NCBI GenBank assembly: GCA_034666225.1
Contig: JAXDMH010000443.1
Span: 1 to 34,071, forward strand
DNA: 34,071 nt
Origin: Myxococcales bacterium
Lineage (GTDB): Bacteria > Myxococcota_A > Polyangia > Fen-1088
Reading direction: 5' to 3'
Every line of letters begins with the position of its first letter. Position 1 is the stretch's first letter. Shown piece by piece: positions 32,203-34,071 of this stretch. The notes under the pieces were generated by a model. That model was not told the DNA's origin. It was given only the letters and a program-made list of their open reading frames with translations, and did no database searches. Position numbers and translations under genes: made by a program.

Positions 32203-33710
32203 CGTCGCACCGGTCGATCCCTTCGCTGTCCCTGGTGATCGCCCTGGCGGCGTCATGCACCGATCCGTTCACGTTCGACAACAAACCCACGCGCAGCGCC
32301 GGCGAGGCGGAAGAGATCTGCGCGGCCAGCGCCGAATGGTTGCCGGTCACACCCGCCATCAACCTGTACAAACCGCTTGCCCATCCGGCCAGCGAATGTC
32401 CGTTCTACCGCGGCGGCTGGCAGAATTTTCTGATCGCCACCCAGCCCGACGCCCAGGGCCGCCCGGCCCTGCAGGGCTACGCCACGGTCGACGATCTTTT
32501 CACCAGCGCCGCGCCACACGCCCACCGCGACACCGCGATGCGTGCCTGGCTGGGCGACATCAAGCAGGCGGGCGGCCGTCAGATCCTGATCGACACCAGC
32601 GGCCACGCCATCTATTACGGCATCCACGTCAATCAGGGGTACGTCGATTTCATCAACGCCCACAACCTGAAGACCGTCGACGCGGTGAAGAACGCCGACC
32701 CCAATCTTTTCTTTCCGGCCGGCGTCGTTGAATTCAAATCCGCCTGGCAGGAAGTTCCCGACGGTGATCCGTCGCTGGGCCAGTACATCAGCACCAAGGC
32801 CTGGGTGCCGCACCTGCGCGTCGTCGGTGGGCAGATCGTCGAAGACAAGAACGCCCCTCGCCTGGTCACCGTTCGCCTGCTGGCGTTGCACGTGGTGTTC
32901 ACGCTGCCCGGTCACCCCGAGTTCATCTGGTCGACGTTCGAGCACAGCGACGGCGCGCCGGATCTGACCGCGGCCGACGGCCACCGGAACGTCGCGCCCG
33001 TGCACCCGGGCGACGTCAATCCGTTGCTCACCGATCCCAACAACCAGAACGACACGACCGTGATCAGCCAGAAGGACCACATCCTGTTTCGCGCCGGCAC
33101 CACCGCGCAGGCCGGCAACCGCGCCATCGCCGAGTCCGAACTGGCCGCTGCCTTTGACGAAGCAACACAGACCTTCAGTCGGCAGACGTCGATCTACCGG
33201 ATGTTCCCCGCGTCCAAGTCGAACACCACCGATCCGGACGACGCCATCACCTCATTGAACTTCAACGTCGAGACGCTGTTCACCCAGGCCCAGGCCGGCG
33301 GTCATCTGGATCCCAGCGACAAGCGCGGCCACTATCGACTGGTGGGGGCGGTGTGGATGGACAAGCCGATCTACTTTGGCCACAACTCGCCCATCCAGAA
33401 CGATCTCTCCAGCCCGTTCGTGGCGTCGGTGGGGCGGGCCAAGTTCGAGCAGGATATCCGCGAGAACGGATCCGACAGCGCGCTGTCGATCCTGGCCGGC
33501 GAAGATCGCCTGTCCAGCACGGCCATGGAATCGTTCACGCAGGCGCCCGACGCGTTTCCCAACTGCTTTTCCTGCCACAACACCCAGGCCATCACGGCCA
33601 AGGGCGTCCCTGTCGATCGCGACAGTCAGGGCGCGGTGCTGCTGTCACCCAAGCTGCTGAACATCAGCCACGTGCTGTCGCAGTTTGTATTGGAAGAAAC
33701 GGCGCCGTAG
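32199..33710 (+). CDS. Hypothetical lipoprotein with a single C-terminal CxxCH motif
   Basis: ATG 32199 overlaps the previous stop (ATGA). The N-terminus is MTSHRSIPSLSLVIALAASC. Near the C-terminus: FPNCFSCHNTQAI. I recognise no other family. Confidence 0.6.
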   Translation: MTSHRSIPSLSLVIALAASCTDPFTFDNKPTRSAGEAEEICAASAEWLPVTPAINLYKPLAHPASECPFYRGGWQNFLIATQPDAQGRPALQGYATVDDLFTSAAPHAHRDTAMRAWLGDIKQAGGRQILIDTSGHAIYYGIHVNQGYVDFINAHNLKTVDAVKNADPNLFFPAGVVEFKSAWQEVPDGDPSLGQYISTKAWVPHLRVVGGQIVEDKNAPRLVTVRLLALHVVFTLPGHPEFIWSTFEHSDGAPDLTAADGHRNVAPVHPGDVNPLLTDPNNQNDTTVISQKDHILFRAGTTAQAGNRAIAESELAAAFDEATQTFSRQTSIYRMFPASKSNTTDPDDAITSLNFNVETLFTQAQAGGHLDPSDKRGHYRLVGAVWMDKPIYFGHNSPIQNDLSSPFVASVGRAKFEQDIRENGSDSALSILAGEDRLSSTAMESFTQAPDAFPNCFSCHNTQAITAKGVPVDRDSQGAVLLSPKLLNISHVLSQFVLEETAP

Positions 33711-33786
33711 TCGGACCGCACCGGGGCGGTTGGAGAGACAGCGGAGGGCGGCGTACGTGAGGCGGCTCCATTCGCTTCGTCGCGGG

Positions 33787-33916
33787 GGCGGCAGCGGTGG
33801 GGTTCCCTCCCGTGCTCAAACACCGAACGGCGCGCGCGCCTTATGGGTGTGCTTGGAGTTGCGACGTACTGCGCACCTGCGACCTGCGCGCGGGAGGGAA
33901 CCCCGCCGCTCCCGCC
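33787..33916. repeat. ~130-bp element closed by 26-nt inverted arms (2 mismatches)
   Basis: The left arm is GGCGGCAGCGGTGGGGTTCCCTCCCG (33787-33812). The right arm is CGGGAGGGAACCCCGCCGCTCCCGCC (33891-33916). Pairing extends 3 more positions inward with a G-T wobble. The 78-nt interior contains the palindrome GGCGCGCGCGCC flanked by ACACC/GGTGT, and a second small hairpin GCGCA-N10-TGCGC. Confidence 0.7.
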
Positions 33917-33965
33917 TTCCTGGTGACTACGTTCACTGCGCATGAGGGTCCACCGGGAAAAAACA

Positions 33966-34047
33966 GAAGGACAAAAGTGGTGTACCGCCTGCTCCTCGAC
34001 TTACTGAAAATGTTCAGTGAGCAGGCGGTTCACCACTTTTGTCCTTC
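33966..34047. repeat. Long near-perfect hairpin (29-bp stem, 1 mismatch) in a lower-GC patch at the window edge
   Basis: One arm is GAAGGACAAAAGTGGTGTACCGCCTGCTC (33966-33994). The other is GAGCAGGCGGTTCACCACTTTTGTCCTTC (34019-34047). The 24-nt 'loop' itself folds as ACTGAA-AATG-TTCAGT. The flanks GGGAAA.../...TTTCCC extend pairing to about 33955-34058. Confidence 0.75.
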
Positions 34048-34071
34048 CATTTCCCCCTATCCGCTCGGGGT

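Noticed and set aside
33787-34058. Retron msr/msd non-coding RNA (myxobacteria are the classic retron hosts)
   Set aside because: Retrons have outer a1/a2 repeats that enclose the msr region and the msd hairpin. Here the two inverted repeats are side by side rather than nested. The first encloses only 78 nt, and no reverse transcriptase ORF is visible. This cannot be excluded without sequence to the right of the window, so the structures are reported only as unexplained.

Overview
Very GC-rich window. It reads as core chromosome of a myxobacterium (Myxococcota). Supporting signs are a MYXO-CTERM-type sorting tail on a secreted protease, many lipobox lipoproteins, a Cys/Asp-rich MopE-type motif and a planctomycete-type cytochrome c domain.

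Gene order:
- A partial NUDIX hydrolase gene.
- An envelope-glycan-type cluster: two divergent sulfatase-fold enzymes, a NodB deacetylase, two GT4 glycosyltransferases and a PfkB sugar kinase.
- A WD40 lipoprotein and a truncated MBOAT remnant.
- A large fused membrane/spermidine-synthase-like/TPR protein.
- An ECF sigma / anti-sigma / DUF4097 operon.
- A metallophosphoesterase and a secreted TPR-like protein.
- An orphan TolC-like outer membrane protein.
- A housekeeping run: acyl-CoA thioesterase, YgfZ, a tiny basic ORF and MutS.
- A DUF882 peptidase, two secreted proteins and a MYXO-CTERM S1 protease.
- A translationally coupled three-gene operon of exported proteins, two carrying CxxCH motifs.

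I see no integrase, transposase, reverse transcriptase, Cas, restriction or toxin-antitoxin genes, and no rRNA or tRNA. I cannot point to a convincing novel multi-gene system.

The signals the gene map does not explain are non-coding:
1. An ~83-bp doubly hairpinned repeat, present as a spacer-less tandem array at 9418-9696 and again at 11350-11450. At the second site it coincides exactly with the truncation point of the MBOAT gene.
2. Two long inverted-repeat structures at the right edge of the window (33787-33916 and 33955-34058). The second lies in a locally lower-GC patch that runs out of the window.

Many long ORFs in the supplied track are antisense shadow ORFs typical of high-GC DNA and were rejected. 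All start codons are inferred and several are ambiguous.
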